Assembly: GCA_018659585.1 (NCBI GenBank)
Contig: JABJMC010000023.1
Location: 5,416-69,415, forward strand
Direction of reading: 5' to 3'
Source of the DNA: Candidatus Peregrinibacteria bacterium
GTDB taxonomy: Bacteria; Patescibacteriota; Gracilibacteria; UBA1369; UBA12473
Length of the DNA: 64,000 nt
The first letter of the stretch is position 1, and every line of letters begins with the position of its first letter. A program made the translations under genes and the position numbers. Shown here piece by piece: positions 27,601 through 38,372 of this stretch. The notes beneath the pieces were generated by a model. The model saw only the letters and a list, made by a program, of their open reading frames with translations, did no database searches and was not told where the DNA came from.

Positions 27601-28384
27601 TAAAAACTTCTTGCAAAACTAAATCCGGCAAATCAGATTCTAAAGCTACTGTTAAACAGTTATCTTCCTCGTCAGACTCTTCTACAATTCCATAATAGTC
27701 CACACAAGCTTTAACTTCGTGACTTCCTTCTAAACTCTGAGGATTAATAATTGATTCGCCCCAGGCATTAAGAAAATCCTTATCTAATAAAGTAGTCCAA
27801 GTATAAGACCAAGCAGTTGTTTCCATATCATCAATAAAAATTGACGTCAGCCCGGCTGTACTAGCATCAATATCAATATCACTCTCATTACCAACTTGAA
27901 TATTTAAACTACCATCGCCATCCAAGTAGATATCTTGCAAAACTAAATTAGGAAATCCATTTTCCAATTCCTCAGTCGCACAATTATTGTCTTCGTTTGA
28001 TTCATCCACGACATCTGTAGCATCCACACAAGCCATTACCGTATGAACACCATCTAGCATTTCAGGACGTAAAACTGTTCCAACACTTCCCGCAACAAGG
28101 AATTCTAGATCCTCATCAGCCATAGTTGACCAAGAATAAGTCCAAGCTGGAGTATCCATGTCATCAACATAAACAGTCGTTTCGCCTTCTGTAGCAGAAG
28201 AGACATCCTCGGTACCAGAATTGCCCATCCAGACACTCAAATAGCCTGAATCATCCACATAAACTCCATACATTTCTAAATCATACGTGGAGTTGCCTGA
28301 AGCTACCGCCAAAGCTAAACTTGGCAATAACGAGATAGATAGCGTTGCTATGGTAAGAACGCTAATAAGTTTTTTGAAAACCAT
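24668..28384 (-). CDS. large secreted acidic protein with five CARDB-like repeats and C-terminal SLH domains
   Basis: 1238 aa. Signal peptide (ends LALAVA), five repeats of about 105 aa, a long D/E-rich middle region, and an SLH-type C-terminus (FPDVGDG...GYPDGYFRPFNLVNRAEMFKMI). Confidence 0.8.
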   Translation of the reverse strand: MVFKKLISVLTIATLSISLLPSLALAVASGNSTYDLEMYGVYVDDSGYLSVWMGNSGTEDVSSATEGETTVYVDDMDTPAWTYSWSTMADEDLEFLVAGSVGTVLRPEMLDGVHTVMACVDATDVVDESNEDNNCATEELENGFPNLVLQDIYLDGDGSLNIQVGNESDIDIDASTAGLTSIFIDDMETTAWSYTWTTLLDKDFLNAWGESIINPQSLEGSHEVKACVDYYGIVEESDEEDNCLTVALESDLPDLVLQEVFIDDDFYLNVVSGNEGDADVDSTTAGNTYIYIDEELSYTYAWTSLNDKSFLQVDGSATISPGMLTGAHTVEACVDAKDVVEELNEENNCLEATFDAGLPDLVLQDIYLDGDTLSIQIGNEGEADAEITTGGVTYIWVDGELDKTYSWKTLADQSFVEVDGSSILQPFNVTDDQTIEVCVDYLDSVEESDEDNNCMEESFTFETAQTVVVDEDLADLVLQDIYIDESNRLSVQVGNEGVVDSDTEVGLYIYIDDFDNPEYTYNSSTLSESNREFLVVDGVSTIQPLVLDDSQSYDVKACVDPANELEELDDDNNCMEVTNLVMEIVYDYVADTDVDDVDDGIDEVDKDDFDDDVFSDFEELWTDSDYPDLYYLTVKWGYVGDDDDIEPTSWDGSVNFENSIVGRPIDKLGFEDEDFIDFGNTNPTMTSFDSTIYNGKDGILFKIKADLDDDGDGEWDGPFIEFNSEYSNTSLEVFLDDLVEDGYYKYEYADGYQVMFNLIELSSWFQTFKDTALLQVRIGNLDGNGSTNEEDVFYNVNLSLNEGSIIRSYMPMLLEVHEEEGYDYLVRSDDKSSMELDAGLFGHMDGFLSLVSFSDSQSDRYIEVVVEDENGDEVFDEQFGLEDELGIFELDDGTGNQIMISDMFKNRSDLLIAADQIFSDLFELHAQIYRLVDVIDDVQDTGELDDDVLTTTDAIIDSLLDLLPGDDEDEDPLIIDLRKDLAIITSTVQSALDDYNDGTFTGDELNDKILNIFGIAKEKLEEKMEDVQAAAGYMLDADYDAWYAHYMDVATAYFFSGYKDAFGNLTGHIGPADNLTRLQLIKIMSELADHLDIGLGETSCESDTVDLTSDVDWMEDHWAEGYVQCIYNSGLELTILDDVIGTDLSQGTSPAYRWEVIQLGFEILGIDYTEYDTYSFPDVGDGSGLYDSTSDMIQTAVDNGIVSGYPDGYFRPFNLVNRAEMFKMITLLYEFYAQESTM
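26617..28285 (-). repeat. five tandem in-frame CARDB-like repeats of about 105 aa
   Basis: Each unit starts (L)PDLVLQDIY(L/I)D and ends ..H(T/E)V(E/K)ACVD...VEE.(N/D)E(E/D)NNC, the classic CARDB pattern. Boundaries are approximate. Confidence 0.7.
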
Positions 28385-28456
28385 GTTAATTGGGTTAAAG
28401 TGTATAAGAACCTCAAAAAAGAGGCTAACATAATTTGCACACCAGAAAAACGAGAC

Positions 28457-28486
28457 TTGCTTTAATTTATTACAAAGATAGATAAT
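28457..28486 (+). promoter_or_regulatory. candidate promoter for priA
   Basis: TTGCTT (28457-28462), an 18-nt spacer, then GATAAT (28481-28486). An alternative reading is TAGATA with a 16-nt spacer. Confidence 0.35.
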
Positions 28487-28518
28487 AAGGTTCCAAAAAC
28501 TCTTTACAAATTTTGCGA

Positions 28519-30666
28519 ATGTATGCCGAGATCTTACTGCCCGTAAAAATTGGACACAACAAAGGTTTAACTTACAAAGTCCCTCAAAATTTGAATATTG
28601 AAATTGGCAGCGCCGTTCGCATTCCTTTACGGAACCAAATCAAAACTGGAATTGTGCGTGAACTTCATCAAAAAGAAATTTCTTTTAATACCAAAGATAT
28701 TATCTCGACAAAAGAAGGAGGGCAAATACTAGCTCCCTGGCAAATTGAATTAGCAGAATGGGTAGCGGACTATTATTTTGCGCCTTTATATAAGGTGCTC
28801 AAAACTATGCTTCCCAAAAAAATATGGACTTCAACTTCCAAAATCCCCTATGAAACTATTTATTTAAGGACTGACAAAGAAGCTCCCTCCTCACTCGGTT
28901 CTAAGCAAAAAGAAATCATAGAATTATTTTCCACCAAAAAAATCTATACCCGCCAAGAACTAAAAGCCTATCCCCTCGCCACTATAAAAAGTCTTATTAA
29001 AAAAGGCCTACTCACCGAATCAACCGGCGATATCAAGGGGCTCCAACACGAGTCACTTCACCAAAGTTCCCCCAAAACTCTAGCGCCAGAACAACAAATA
29101 ATTTTTGATGGAATTTTAAGCACAAAAAAACCTATTTCTCTCCTACACGGAATAACTGGTTCTGGAAAAACCGAAATCTACCTTCAACTTGCTCAAAAAA
29201 TGGTTGCCCAAGGCAAACAAGTTATTCTAATGGCCCCAGAGATTTCTTTAACACCACAATTAATTGATTATTTTGCAGATTATTTTCAAGGCCAATTAGC
29301 TGTTTTGCACAGCAAACTATCACTTGGTGAACGAGAACGAGAATGGTGGCGTATTGAACAAGGACAAGCCAAAATCATTATTGGTTCACGATCAGCTATT
29401 TTTGCGCCTGCTAAAAATGTAGGTTTAATTATTATGGACGAAGAACACGAATGGAGCTACAAACAAGACCAAACTCCTTATTACCATACCCGCGATGTCG
29501 CTTTTAAAATCTCCGAACTAACAGGAGCAAAAATCATTTTAGGCAGCGCTACCCCAGACATTCAAACTAGATATTTAGCAGAGACTGGGAAAATCAATCT
29601 ATTTACGCTTAAAAATCGCATTTTACCCGGCAGCTCACTACCCCAAGTACAATTAATAGACATGCGCGCCGAACTCCATAAAGGGAATCTCAGTATTTTT
29701 AGTGATCAATTAGCTAATTCTTTGGCTCAAACTTTTCAAAACAAAGAACAAGCCATTTTGTTTCTTAATCGCCGTGGACATTCCTCTTCTATGCTTTGTC
29801 GAGATTGTGGACATACTTTGCAATGCAACCAATGCGATGTCAGTCTTACTTGTCATCGATCTAGAGCTGGTAATGAATGGTTAACCTGTCATCATTGTGG
29901 TGGGCACAAAAATATTCCCGAAAAATGTCCTGAATGTCAGGGGGCAGCTATCAAATCTATTGGCATTGGAACCCAACGAGTTGAAGAAGAACTTCAAAAA
30001 CTTTTTCCGACTATGCGAATTGCGCGCGCTGACAAAGACACCACCACCCAAAAAGACAGTTTTCAAAAACTATATAAAGCCCTTAAAAATCACGAAATCG
30101 ATGTTTTGGTTGGAACGCAAATGATTGGAAAAGGACTAGATTTACCAAATGTGACGCTGGTTGGTGTGGTTTTAGCTGACATTGGTTTACATATTCCAGA
30201 CTTTCGCGCGTCAGAAAGAAATTTTCAATTAATGATGCAAGTCGCGGGGCGCGCCGGTCGAGCTGAAAAACCAGGACAAGTAATTATTCAAACCTACAAC
30301 CCGGAACATCCCAGTTTAGAATCAACCAAAGAACATCACTATCTCCCCTTTTATGAAACTGAATTAAGCACTCGAAAAACCTTAAACTATCCCCCATTTA
30401 CCCGCACTATTAAGCTAACTTTCAAGTCTTTTGATCAAAAAAATTGTTCACAAGCAGCACTCGAACTAACTAACCTCTTTAAAAAAGAAATTCCAAACCA
30501 CATTATCGACTGTGCTCCGGCCCTAATCTACAAAAAACACAACAAATACCGCTACCATGTTTATTTACAAGGACCTAATCCTCACCAAGCTCTCAAATCC
30601 TTTCTTCAAAAACATCCTCTAAAAGAAGGTTGGGTTATTGATGTAGATCCAGTGGTAATGAACTAA
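28519..30666 (+). CDS. priA: primosomal protein N' (replication restart helicase PriA)
   Basis: Walker A (HGITGSGKTE), DEEH box, a Cys-rich zinc region (CRDCGHTLQCNQCDVSLTCH...CHHCG...CPEC), and helicase C motifs. I start at the ATG at 28519; the track start at 28513 is TTG. Confidence 0.9.
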   Translation: MYAEILLPVKIGHNKGLTYKVPQNLNIEIGSAVRIPLRNQIKTGIVRELHQKEISFNTKDIISTKEGGQILAPWQIELAEWVADYYFAPLYKVLKTMLPKKIWTSTSKIPYETIYLRTDKEAPSSLGSKQKEIIELFSTKKIYTRQELKAYPLATIKSLIKKGLLTESTGDIKGLQHESLHQSSPKTLAPEQQIIFDGILSTKKPISLLHGITGSGKTEIYLQLAQKMVAQGKQVILMAPEISLTPQLIDYFADYFQGQLAVLHSKLSLGEREREWWRIEQGQAKIIIGSRSAIFAPAKNVGLIIMDEEHEWSYKQDQTPYYHTRDVAFKISELTGAKIILGSATPDIQTRYLAETGKINLFTLKNRILPGSSLPQVQLIDMRAELHKGNLSIFSDQLANSLAQTFQNKEQAILFLNRRGHSSSMLCRDCGHTLQCNQCDVSLTCHRSRAGNEWLTCHHCGGHKNIPEKCPECQGAAIKSIGIGTQRVEEELQKLFPTMRIARADKDTTTQKDSFQKLYKALKNHEIDVLVGTQMIGKGLDLPNVTLVGVVLADIGLHIPDFRASERNFQLMMQVAGRAGRAEKPGQVIIQTYNPEHPSLESTKEHHYLPFYETELSTRKTLNYPPFTRTIKLTFKSFDQKNCSQAALELTNLFKKEIPNHIIDCAPALIYKKHNKYRYHVYLQGPNPHQALKSFLQKHPLKEGWVIDVDPVVMN

Positions 30667-30709
30667 CATTTTTGGTATTGTTCCAACGACGTAATAACCT
30701 CCAAAATCT

Positions 30710-31675
30710 ATGAAACGCGTTCTTTCCGGTGTTCAACCAAGTGGGCACCCACACATTGGCAATTATTTAGGCGCTATGAAGCGTCACGTGGCTCATCAAG
30801 AAGAATTTGAGTCTTTTATTTTTATTGCTAATTATCACGCCCTAACTACTACTCGCGATGGCCAAACTTTACGCGATTTCACAACCGAATTAGCTCTTGA
30901 TTACCTCGCAATCGGCCTAAACCCAGAAAAAACTACTCTTTTCCGCCAAAGCGATGTTCCCGAACACACGGAATTAGCTTGGATCTTATCTTGTATTACA
31001 CCAATGGGCGTACTTGAACGCTGCCATGCCTGGAAAGATGCCGAAACTAAAAAGAAAAAAGAACCTTCCGCTGGGCTTTTCACTTATCCAGTGCTTATGG
31101 CCGCGGATATCCTCATGTACAAACCAGACTTAGTTCCAGTTGGAAAAGATCAAAAACAACACGTTGAGGTTACGCGCGATTTAGCCCTTAAATTCAACAA
31201 TCTTTACGGCGAAACTTTTCCCCTACCAGAGCCAAGTATTAACGAAGAAGTTCAAACTGTGGTTGGCACTGATGGTGAAAAAATGAGTAAAAGCTATGGC
31301 AACACTATTGCCTTATTTGGAGATGATGCGCAGCTTAAAAAAGAGATCATGGGGATTGTTACTAATTCCACACCGCTTGAAGAACCAATGGACTTTGAAA
31401 ATTGTAATGTTTTTAAACTTTATTCTTATTTTGCCACACCAGAAGAAATTCAAACTCTCAAAGATAAATATCAGGCCGGAGGATTTGGTTATGGTAATGC
31501 AAAAAAATCACTTCTCGAAAAACTTCATGAAATCCTAGACCCTTTTCGTCAAAAAAGAGTTGAGCTTAAGGGTAATATGGATTATGTTGAGACAGTGTTA
31601 AAAAATGGTGCGAACAAGGCTCGAGCTGAGGCGCAAAAGACCCTAGCGGAAGTTCGAGAAAAAGTCGGCCTCTAA
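30710..31675 (+). CDS. trpS: tryptophan--tRNA ligase
   Basis: 321 aa. GVQPSGHPHIGNYLGA (HIGH-type) and KMSKS motifs. Confidence 0.92.
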   Translation: MKRVLSGVQPSGHPHIGNYLGAMKRHVAHQEEFESFIFIANYHALTTTRDGQTLRDFTTELALDYLAIGLNPEKTTLFRQSDVPEHTELAWILSCITPMGVLERCHAWKDAETKKKKEPSAGLFTYPVLMAADILMYKPDLVPVGKDQKQHVEVTRDLALKFNNLYGETFPLPEPSINEEVQTVVGTDGEKMSKSYGNTIALFGDDAQLKKEIMGIVTNSTPLEEPMDFENCNVFKLYSYFATPEEIQTLKDKYQAGGFGYGNAKKSLLEKLHEILDPFRQKRVELKGNMDYVETVLKNGANKARAEAQKTLAEVREKVGL

Positions 31676-31688
31676 CCCTCCAACCTAA

Positions 31689-33311
<1,623 letters not shown>

Positions 33312-33338
33312 AGCCTTAATTCTTGGCCCTCCCAAAAA

Positions 33339-34712
33339 ATGCGTTTTAAATACACCGCAACCAACACGGAAGGCAAAAACCTAACCGGTATTATTAATGC
33401 CGAAACCGAAGAGGAAGCTCGCGTTAAACTTAACAATTTAGGGTTTTCTATTTTGGGAATAAACACCGTAAATGAAACTGATGCCAACGCTGGCGCTGAT
33501 TTAGAAAAATTTGAATTTGAGGCTGTTGATAAAAATGGAAAACAAATTAAAGGAAGCATCCCCGCCCAAAATGCTGAACTAGCTTACGAACGTTTAATTG
33601 ATGAATATAGTTTCACTATCCAATATTTAGCACCAACCAACGCCTCCCCAGAAGAAAAATCTCAAATACGTACTCTAGGAATTCAAGCTCTAGCCACTGT
33701 TTACGAAACCTCACACCAAGACAACAAAGGAGACCAAGCCATGCAAGAAATTGTCGAAACTCCCGAATTTGTCCAAGAAAAACAAATCCTTATCGTTCAA
33801 GTTGATGACATTATAGATAAAATTCACAACCTTTTAACCCGTTTTGAAGGCAAAATTTCTCCTGAAAAAAAGGCCTTAATTGAAACGGACATCGACAAAT
33901 TAATGCGTATCAAAAGCTCCAACAATCTCGATTATATTCGCAACACTTGTAAAGAACTTTTAGAAAAAACTCAGGGCGAAGAAATCTTTTTAACCAGTCA
34001 ACATCACGAACAAGAACGCAGCTCCATGGTTTTGGAAAGCCAAAAACTAATGATGGAATTAAACAAAGCTGCCGGCTCCAAAATGAATGTTGGCCTTCAA
34101 ATGAAATCCGGCTTAAGTAAATTAGAAGAAAAATTAGCTGGAGGAAAGTTCGAATTTTTATTAGAACCAATTAAAAATATCCAAGCCTGGTTCACTCCAA
34201 ATCCAGAGGCTTTAATGATTCAAACCCAACTTAAATCTATTCGAACTCAAGAATGGGCGGCGCTAAGAATAGCTATTAAATCTGGAAAAGACACCCGCCA
34301 AGCAGCCATCGACAACTTTAAAACTCTATACGCGCAGGACAAAGCCATTCGTGCTAAATTACGTGCTTTTAAACAATTACGTCACGAAAAAAATCTCATG
34401 ATTCGCAAAGAGCGTGAAATCTATTTCATAGAAGAAATTTCTACCTTTTCGGGATGGCTATTGCTGTTTTACTTAGCTTATTACTTTCTTGGACATTACG
34501 TCATTACTCAAGGACTTCCCTTAAACCCAGTTTTAGGCATTCCTTTTGATCTAAACGATTCTGTTCTATTTAAGTACCTCTTAGCCATTATTTTTATCAT
34601 TCACGCCTCTACCAGCATTAAACTAAACTTTTTTATACGGAGCCAAGTCGCCACCGCGGTGATTGGAACCACCACTGTTCTTTTAAGTCTAATTGTTCTT
34701 TTTAATTTTTAA
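33339..34712 (+). CDS. membrane protein with two GspF/PilC-N-terminus-like modules, a coiled-coil middle and a C-terminal TM bundle
   Basis: 457 aa. MRFKYTATNTEGKNLTGIINAETEEEARVKLNNLGFSILGI and FEFEAVDKNGKQIKGSIPAQNAELAYERLIDEYSFTIQYL follow the F-x-Y-x-A-x-D-x-x-G-K...A...L pattern of type II/IV secretion platform protein N-termini. About three TM helices follow in the last 90 aa. Confidence 0.5.
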   Translation: MRFKYTATNTEGKNLTGIINAETEEEARVKLNNLGFSILGINTVNETDANAGADLEKFEFEAVDKNGKQIKGSIPAQNAELAYERLIDEYSFTIQYLAPTNASPEEKSQIRTLGIQALATVYETSHQDNKGDQAMQEIVETPEFVQEKQILIVQVDDIIDKIHNLLTRFEGKISPEKKALIETDIDKLMRIKSSNNLDYIRNTCKELLEKTQGEEIFLTSQHHEQERSSMVLESQKLMMELNKAAGSKMNVGLQMKSGLSKLEEKLAGGKFEFLLEPIKNIQAWFTPNPEALMIQTQLKSIRTQEWAALRIAIKSGKDTRQAAIDNFKTLYAQDKAIRAKLRAFKQLRHEKNLMIRKEREIYFIEEISTFSGWLLLFYLAYYFLGHYVITQGLPLNPVLGIPFDLNDSVLFKYLLAIIFIIHASTSIKLNFFIRSQVATAVIGTTTVLLSLIVLFNF

Positions 34713-34715
34713 ATT

Positions 34716-35501
34716 ATGTTTCCGACTTTACTCAAACTTGGCCCCTTTACTTTGCATTCACTATGGCTTTGCGTTGTGATTGCAATTCTTGTAAGCACCT
34801 TATTAACCTTAAAAAAAGCCAAATATCAACGTATGGATGTGCATTTTTTACTAGATCACAGCCTGAGTTTATTAATAAGTGCTGCTTTTTTCTCACGATT
34901 AGTATTTGCCTTAACTAATTGGGGTTATTTTGGGCCACCAAGTGTTTTCGGCACTCTAACTCAAATTATTTCTTTTTGGGAAATTGGATATTCATTTTGG
35001 GGCGCGGTGCTAGGATTTCTTTTAGTATTTATTTGGCATTGCCGTCGCAAAGGAGAAAGCCCCATGGATTGGCTAGAAACGACCATCACTCCCCTTTTTA
35101 TTGGCATTATGATTGGTAATTTTGGACAATTTTTGGATGGGCAAGCCTATGGAAAAGAAACCATCCTACCCTGGGGAATTGTTTTTGAAAGCACTAATGT
35201 TAAATACACGGTTCCAATTCATCCCACTCAAATTTATTCAATTATTATTATTGCCGCCATTCTTCTCACTAAAAAGAAGGTTATTAATAAATGGCCTATT
35301 TTATCCGAAAAATACAACTGGACAATTTTTGCTTTAAGCACTTACGCCTTAGCAAGATTTTTATTAGAATTTGTGCGTGGCGATGACACTTTTCAGATTG
35401 GCCCAGTCCGAATTGGGCATATTGTAACTTTTCTTTTATTTGCACATTTAAGCAGAGTCTTATATAAAAGAGTGCGTAAAACTAACCCACACAAAAAATG
35501 A
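34716..35501 (+). CDS. lgt: prolipoprotein diacylglyceryl transferase
   Basis: 261 aa polytopic membrane protein with the HPTQIYS motif and the GDD/R region typical of Lgt. Confidence 0.85.
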   Translation: MFPTLLKLGPFTLHSLWLCVVIAILVSTLLTLKKAKYQRMDVHFLLDHSLSLLISAAFFSRLVFALTNWGYFGPPSVFGTLTQIISFWEIGYSFWGAVLGFLLVFIWHCRRKGESPMDWLETTITPLFIGIMIGNFGQFLDGQAYGKETILPWGIVFESTNVKYTVPIHPTQIYSIIIIAAILLTKKKVINKWPILSEKYNWTIFALSTYALARFLLEFVRGDDTFQIGPVRIGHIVTFLLFAHLSRVLYKRVRKTNPHKK

Positions 35502-35926
35502 ACCCTTTCAAATTATTAAGTCCAAGTTATTTGTTTGAACTTCAGCCCGGATCTGAATTTAAATTTATGGTGATTTTAATTGTTTTCTTTTTGATTTTAG
35601 CTATTGGATCTTTCTATCTAGATGCTTGGATCAAAAAACAACCTCATAGAAACGCTATTAAAAAGCTTTTACCTCATTTCCCAAATCGATTAAGAATCTT
35701 AGGAATTATTGGTTTTGTGCTTCTTTTCTTCCGTTACGAAAATATCCCTTACTTTGCCATGCGCATTTTATTAGTTTTACTTTTATTAGGAATCATTTCG
35801 TACATTGGCTACAGCCTATATAAATTCAAAAAGCACCTTCCCGAACTTTTAGAAACCCGAAAGAAAAAGAAAACTCATCATAAATATTTACCAAAGAGTA
35901 AGAAAAAGAAGAAAAAGAAACGCTAA
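35498..35926 (+). CDS. small membrane protein with a poly-Lys C-terminal tail
   Basis: 142 aa. Three hydrophobic helices. The C-terminus is RKKKKTHHKYLPKSKKKKKKKR. ATGA overlap with lgt. Confidence 0.55.
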   Translation: MNPFKLLSPSYLFELQPGSEFKFMVILIVFFLILAIGSFYLDAWIKKQPHRNAIKKLLPHFPNRLRILGIIGFVLLFFRYENIPYFAMRILLVLLLLGIISYIGYSLYKFKKHLPELLETRKKKKTHHKYLPKSKKKKKKKR

Positions 35927-35927
35927 T

Positions 35928-36707
35928 ATGCTTTTAGACACACTCAAAAAAATTGGGTTTTCCGAAAAAGAAGCTAGTGTTTACCTTCAACTTATTCGGC
36001 TTGGATCACAACCAGTCTCTACTATTGCCAGTAAAGCCGAAATTAATCGTACGACCACCTACGACATCATAGAAAGCCTCACTAAAAGAGGGCTCATTAG
36101 CTCTACCAGAAAAGGTGGAACTACTTATTTTAAAGCCCTGGACCCCAAAGAGCTTATCAACTACCTAGAACGCGAAAAAATTGAACACACCAAACGACTC
36201 GAAAAACACCAAAGAGAAATTAAAGATGTCCTTCCAGCCTTAATTTCCCTAGAAAACCCAGAAAGCACTAAACCAAAAGTTACTTTTTACGAAGGTAAAA
36301 AGGGTATGCGTCAGGCTTACGAAGACACCCTCACCTCTTCTGAGTCCATCCTGGCCTACGCTAATGTCGAGGATATGCACAAAGGCCTTCCGGACTTTTT
36401 TCCCGAATATTACCAACGTCGTGGAGTAGAGAAAAAAATCCACATCAAAGCCATTATGCCAGATAACCCCACCTCTATTCACCGCGCCAAACAAGACAAA
36501 AAAGAAAACCGCGAATCAGTCCTTATCCCCCAAGATAAATACGACTTCTCTCCAGAAATTAACATTTATGACGACAAAGTTTTAATTGCTTCCTGGCGTG
36601 AAAAAATGGCCATTATCATCAAATCCAAAGAAATCGCTGACTTACACAAAAAAATGTATGAACTCTGCTGGAAACAGGCCAAACAAATAGAAGACGAAAC
36701 TACTTAA
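35928..36707 (+). CDS. TrmB-family transcriptional regulator
   Basis: 259 aa. N-terminal winged HTH (LKKIGFSEKEASVYLQLIRLGSQPVSTIASKAEINRTTTYDIIESLTKRGLI) typical of TrmB-like regulators. Confidence 0.75.
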   Translation: MLLDTLKKIGFSEKEASVYLQLIRLGSQPVSTIASKAEINRTTTYDIIESLTKRGLISSTRKGGTTYFKALDPKELINYLEREKIEHTKRLEKHQREIKDVLPALISLENPESTKPKVTFYEGKKGMRQAYEDTLTSSESILAYANVEDMHKGLPDFFPEYYQRRGVEKKIHIKAIMPDNPTSIHRAKQDKKENRESVLIPQDKYDFSPEINIYDDKVLIASWREKMAIIIKSKEIADLHKKMYELCWKQAKQIEDETT

Positions 36708-37188
36708 GCTTAAGAATCTTATAAACAACTTTTCCAGCTGGGACTTGAGCCTCAACCTCATCCCCAACTTTGTGATCAAGCAAAGCTTCACCAATTGGAG
36801 ATTCATTTGAAATACGGTGACTCAATGGATCAGCCTCGGTTGAACCAACAATTGTATAAGTCTCTGTTTCGCTTTCACGAGGTTTAATTCTCTTAATAGT
36901 AACGTCACTTCCCAATTCCACAACTTTACCTTTTTTATGGGTAATAATTTTCGCATATTTCACTTTTTCATCTAATTCAATAATTCGAGCTTCCAAAAAA
37001 GCCTGCTCGTTTTTTGCCTCTTCATACTCTGAATTTTCAGAAAGATCACCGTAAGAAATCGCTTCAGCCAAACGCTTAGCAACCTCTCTACGACGCACAT
37101 TTTTTAAATTAGCTAATTCGTCAATTAACTGTTTCAAGCCATCCTTTGTCACAAAAGTCACTTTTTCATCTTGGGCAGCTGGATTCAT
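36700..37188 (-). CDS. greA: transcription elongation factor GreA
   Basis: 162 aa. Coiled-coil N-terminal domain with GDLSENSEYEEAK and a GreA C-terminal domain (ISNESPIGEALLDHKVGD). Confidence 0.92.
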   Translation of the reverse strand: MNPAAQDEKVTFVTKDGLKQLIDELANLKNVRRREVAKRLAEAISYGDLSENSEYEEAKNEQAFLEARIIELDEKVKYAKIITHKKGKVVELGSDVTIKRIKPRESETETYTIVGSTEADPLSHRISNESPIGEALLDHKVGDEVEAQVPAGKVVYKILKLK

Positions 37189-37207
37189 AATTAAAAAAAA
37201 TTAAAGA

Positions 37208-38368
37208 TTACGAGCGAATGCGAACACTAGTTGGGTGTTCTTTTAGTTTTTGAAGCACTTTAGCTTCGATTTGACGAATACGCTCACGAGTAACGCCAAA
37301 TTCTTGTCCAACTTCTTCTAAAGTATGACCAATTCCGTCTGTGAGACCAAACCGCATCTCAATAATTTTGCGCTCTCGTGGAGATAAATATTGGAGCATT
37401 TCGTGAATATTCTCTTTAACAATATTTCGGTTAGTTAAATCTGATGGAGAAAGTGAATCTTGATCCTCAATAAAATCTCCTAACTTACTGTCCTCCTCAG
37501 CCCCAACTGGAGCCTCAAGAGAAACAATGTCTTGAGAAATTTTCATGATATGACGGACCTTTTTTACTTCCATAGTCATTTCAGCGGCTAGCTCTTCGAT
37601 CAATGGCTCACGACCAAGCTCCTGCACCAGTCGGCGCTGGGTGTGCGTAAGTTTATTGATCGTTTCCACCATGTGGACCGGAATACGAATAGTCCGGGCC
37701 TGATCAGCAATAGCTCTAGTGATCGCCTGACGAATCCACCATGTTGCGTAAGTAGAAAATTTAAAACCACGATCTGGATCGAATTTTTCAACAGCACGGA
37801 ATAAACCAATATTTCCTTCTTGAATTAAATCTAAGAAAGAAAGTCCGCGTCCAATGTATTTCTTGGCAATACTAACCACCAAACGAAGATTAGCCTCGGC
37901 TAATTGTTTTTTGGCAGATTGATCACCTTTGGCAATTCGACGCGCTAAATCTGCCTCTTGCTTAGCTGTTAACAGATCAACTTTTCCAATTTCACACAAA
38001 TACATTCGAATCGAATCATTAGCAATATCACTTAAATCAACTTCCTTCCGTGCTTTCTTATCAGCACTTTCTTTAGTCTCTTTAGTTTCCTTTTTACCTT
38101 TCTTCGTTTCGTCTTTATCTTTTTTCTTCTTATCCCAAATCAATTTATCTTTCACATCAATCACATCTATTCCTAAATCTAAAAACAACGTATAAATTTC
38201 ATCCAATAACAAAACATCATTTTCAATATCCGGAATCGCTTTCATTAATTCCTGTTGCGTCACAAAACCACGTTCGCGACCTTTTTTGATCAGCTTTTTA
38301 ACTGCGGGGGGATAATCATCGAGCTTATCGTCGGTGAAGTGAGAAATGAACTTTTTTGTTCGAGCCAT
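37208..38368 (-). CDS. rpoD: RNA polymerase primary sigma factor
   Basis: Regions 2-4 are conserved ([65 protein letters not shown]). I start at MARTKK (38368) rather than the track start at 38425, which would overlap dnaG. Confidence 0.93.
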   Translation of the reverse strand: MARTKKFISHFTDDKLDDYPPAVKKLIKKGRERGFVTQQELMKAIPDIENDVLLLDEIYTLFLDLGIDVIDVKDKLIWDKKKKDKDETKKGKKETKETKESADKKARKEVDLSDIANDSIRMYLCEIGKVDLLTAKQEADLARRIAKGDQSAKKQLAEANLRLVVSIAKKYIGRGLSFLDLIQEGNIGLFRAVEKFDPDRGFKFSTYATWWIRQAITRAIADQARTIRIPVHMVETINKLTHTQRRLVQELGREPLIEELAAEMTMEVKKVRHIMKISQDIVSLEAPVGAEEDSKLGDFIEDQDSLSPSDLTNRNIVKENIHEMLQYLSPRERKIIEMRFGLTDGIGHTLEEVGQEFGVTRERIRQIEAKVLQKLKEHPTSVRIRS

Positions 38369-38372
38369 AAAT

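Noticed and set aside
35899-35926. A-rich run (aagaaaaagaagaaaaagaaa) considered as a programmed frameshift or slippery site
   Set aside because: It simply encodes the poly-Lys tail and is followed directly by a stop codon. No extended alternative frame continues beyond it.
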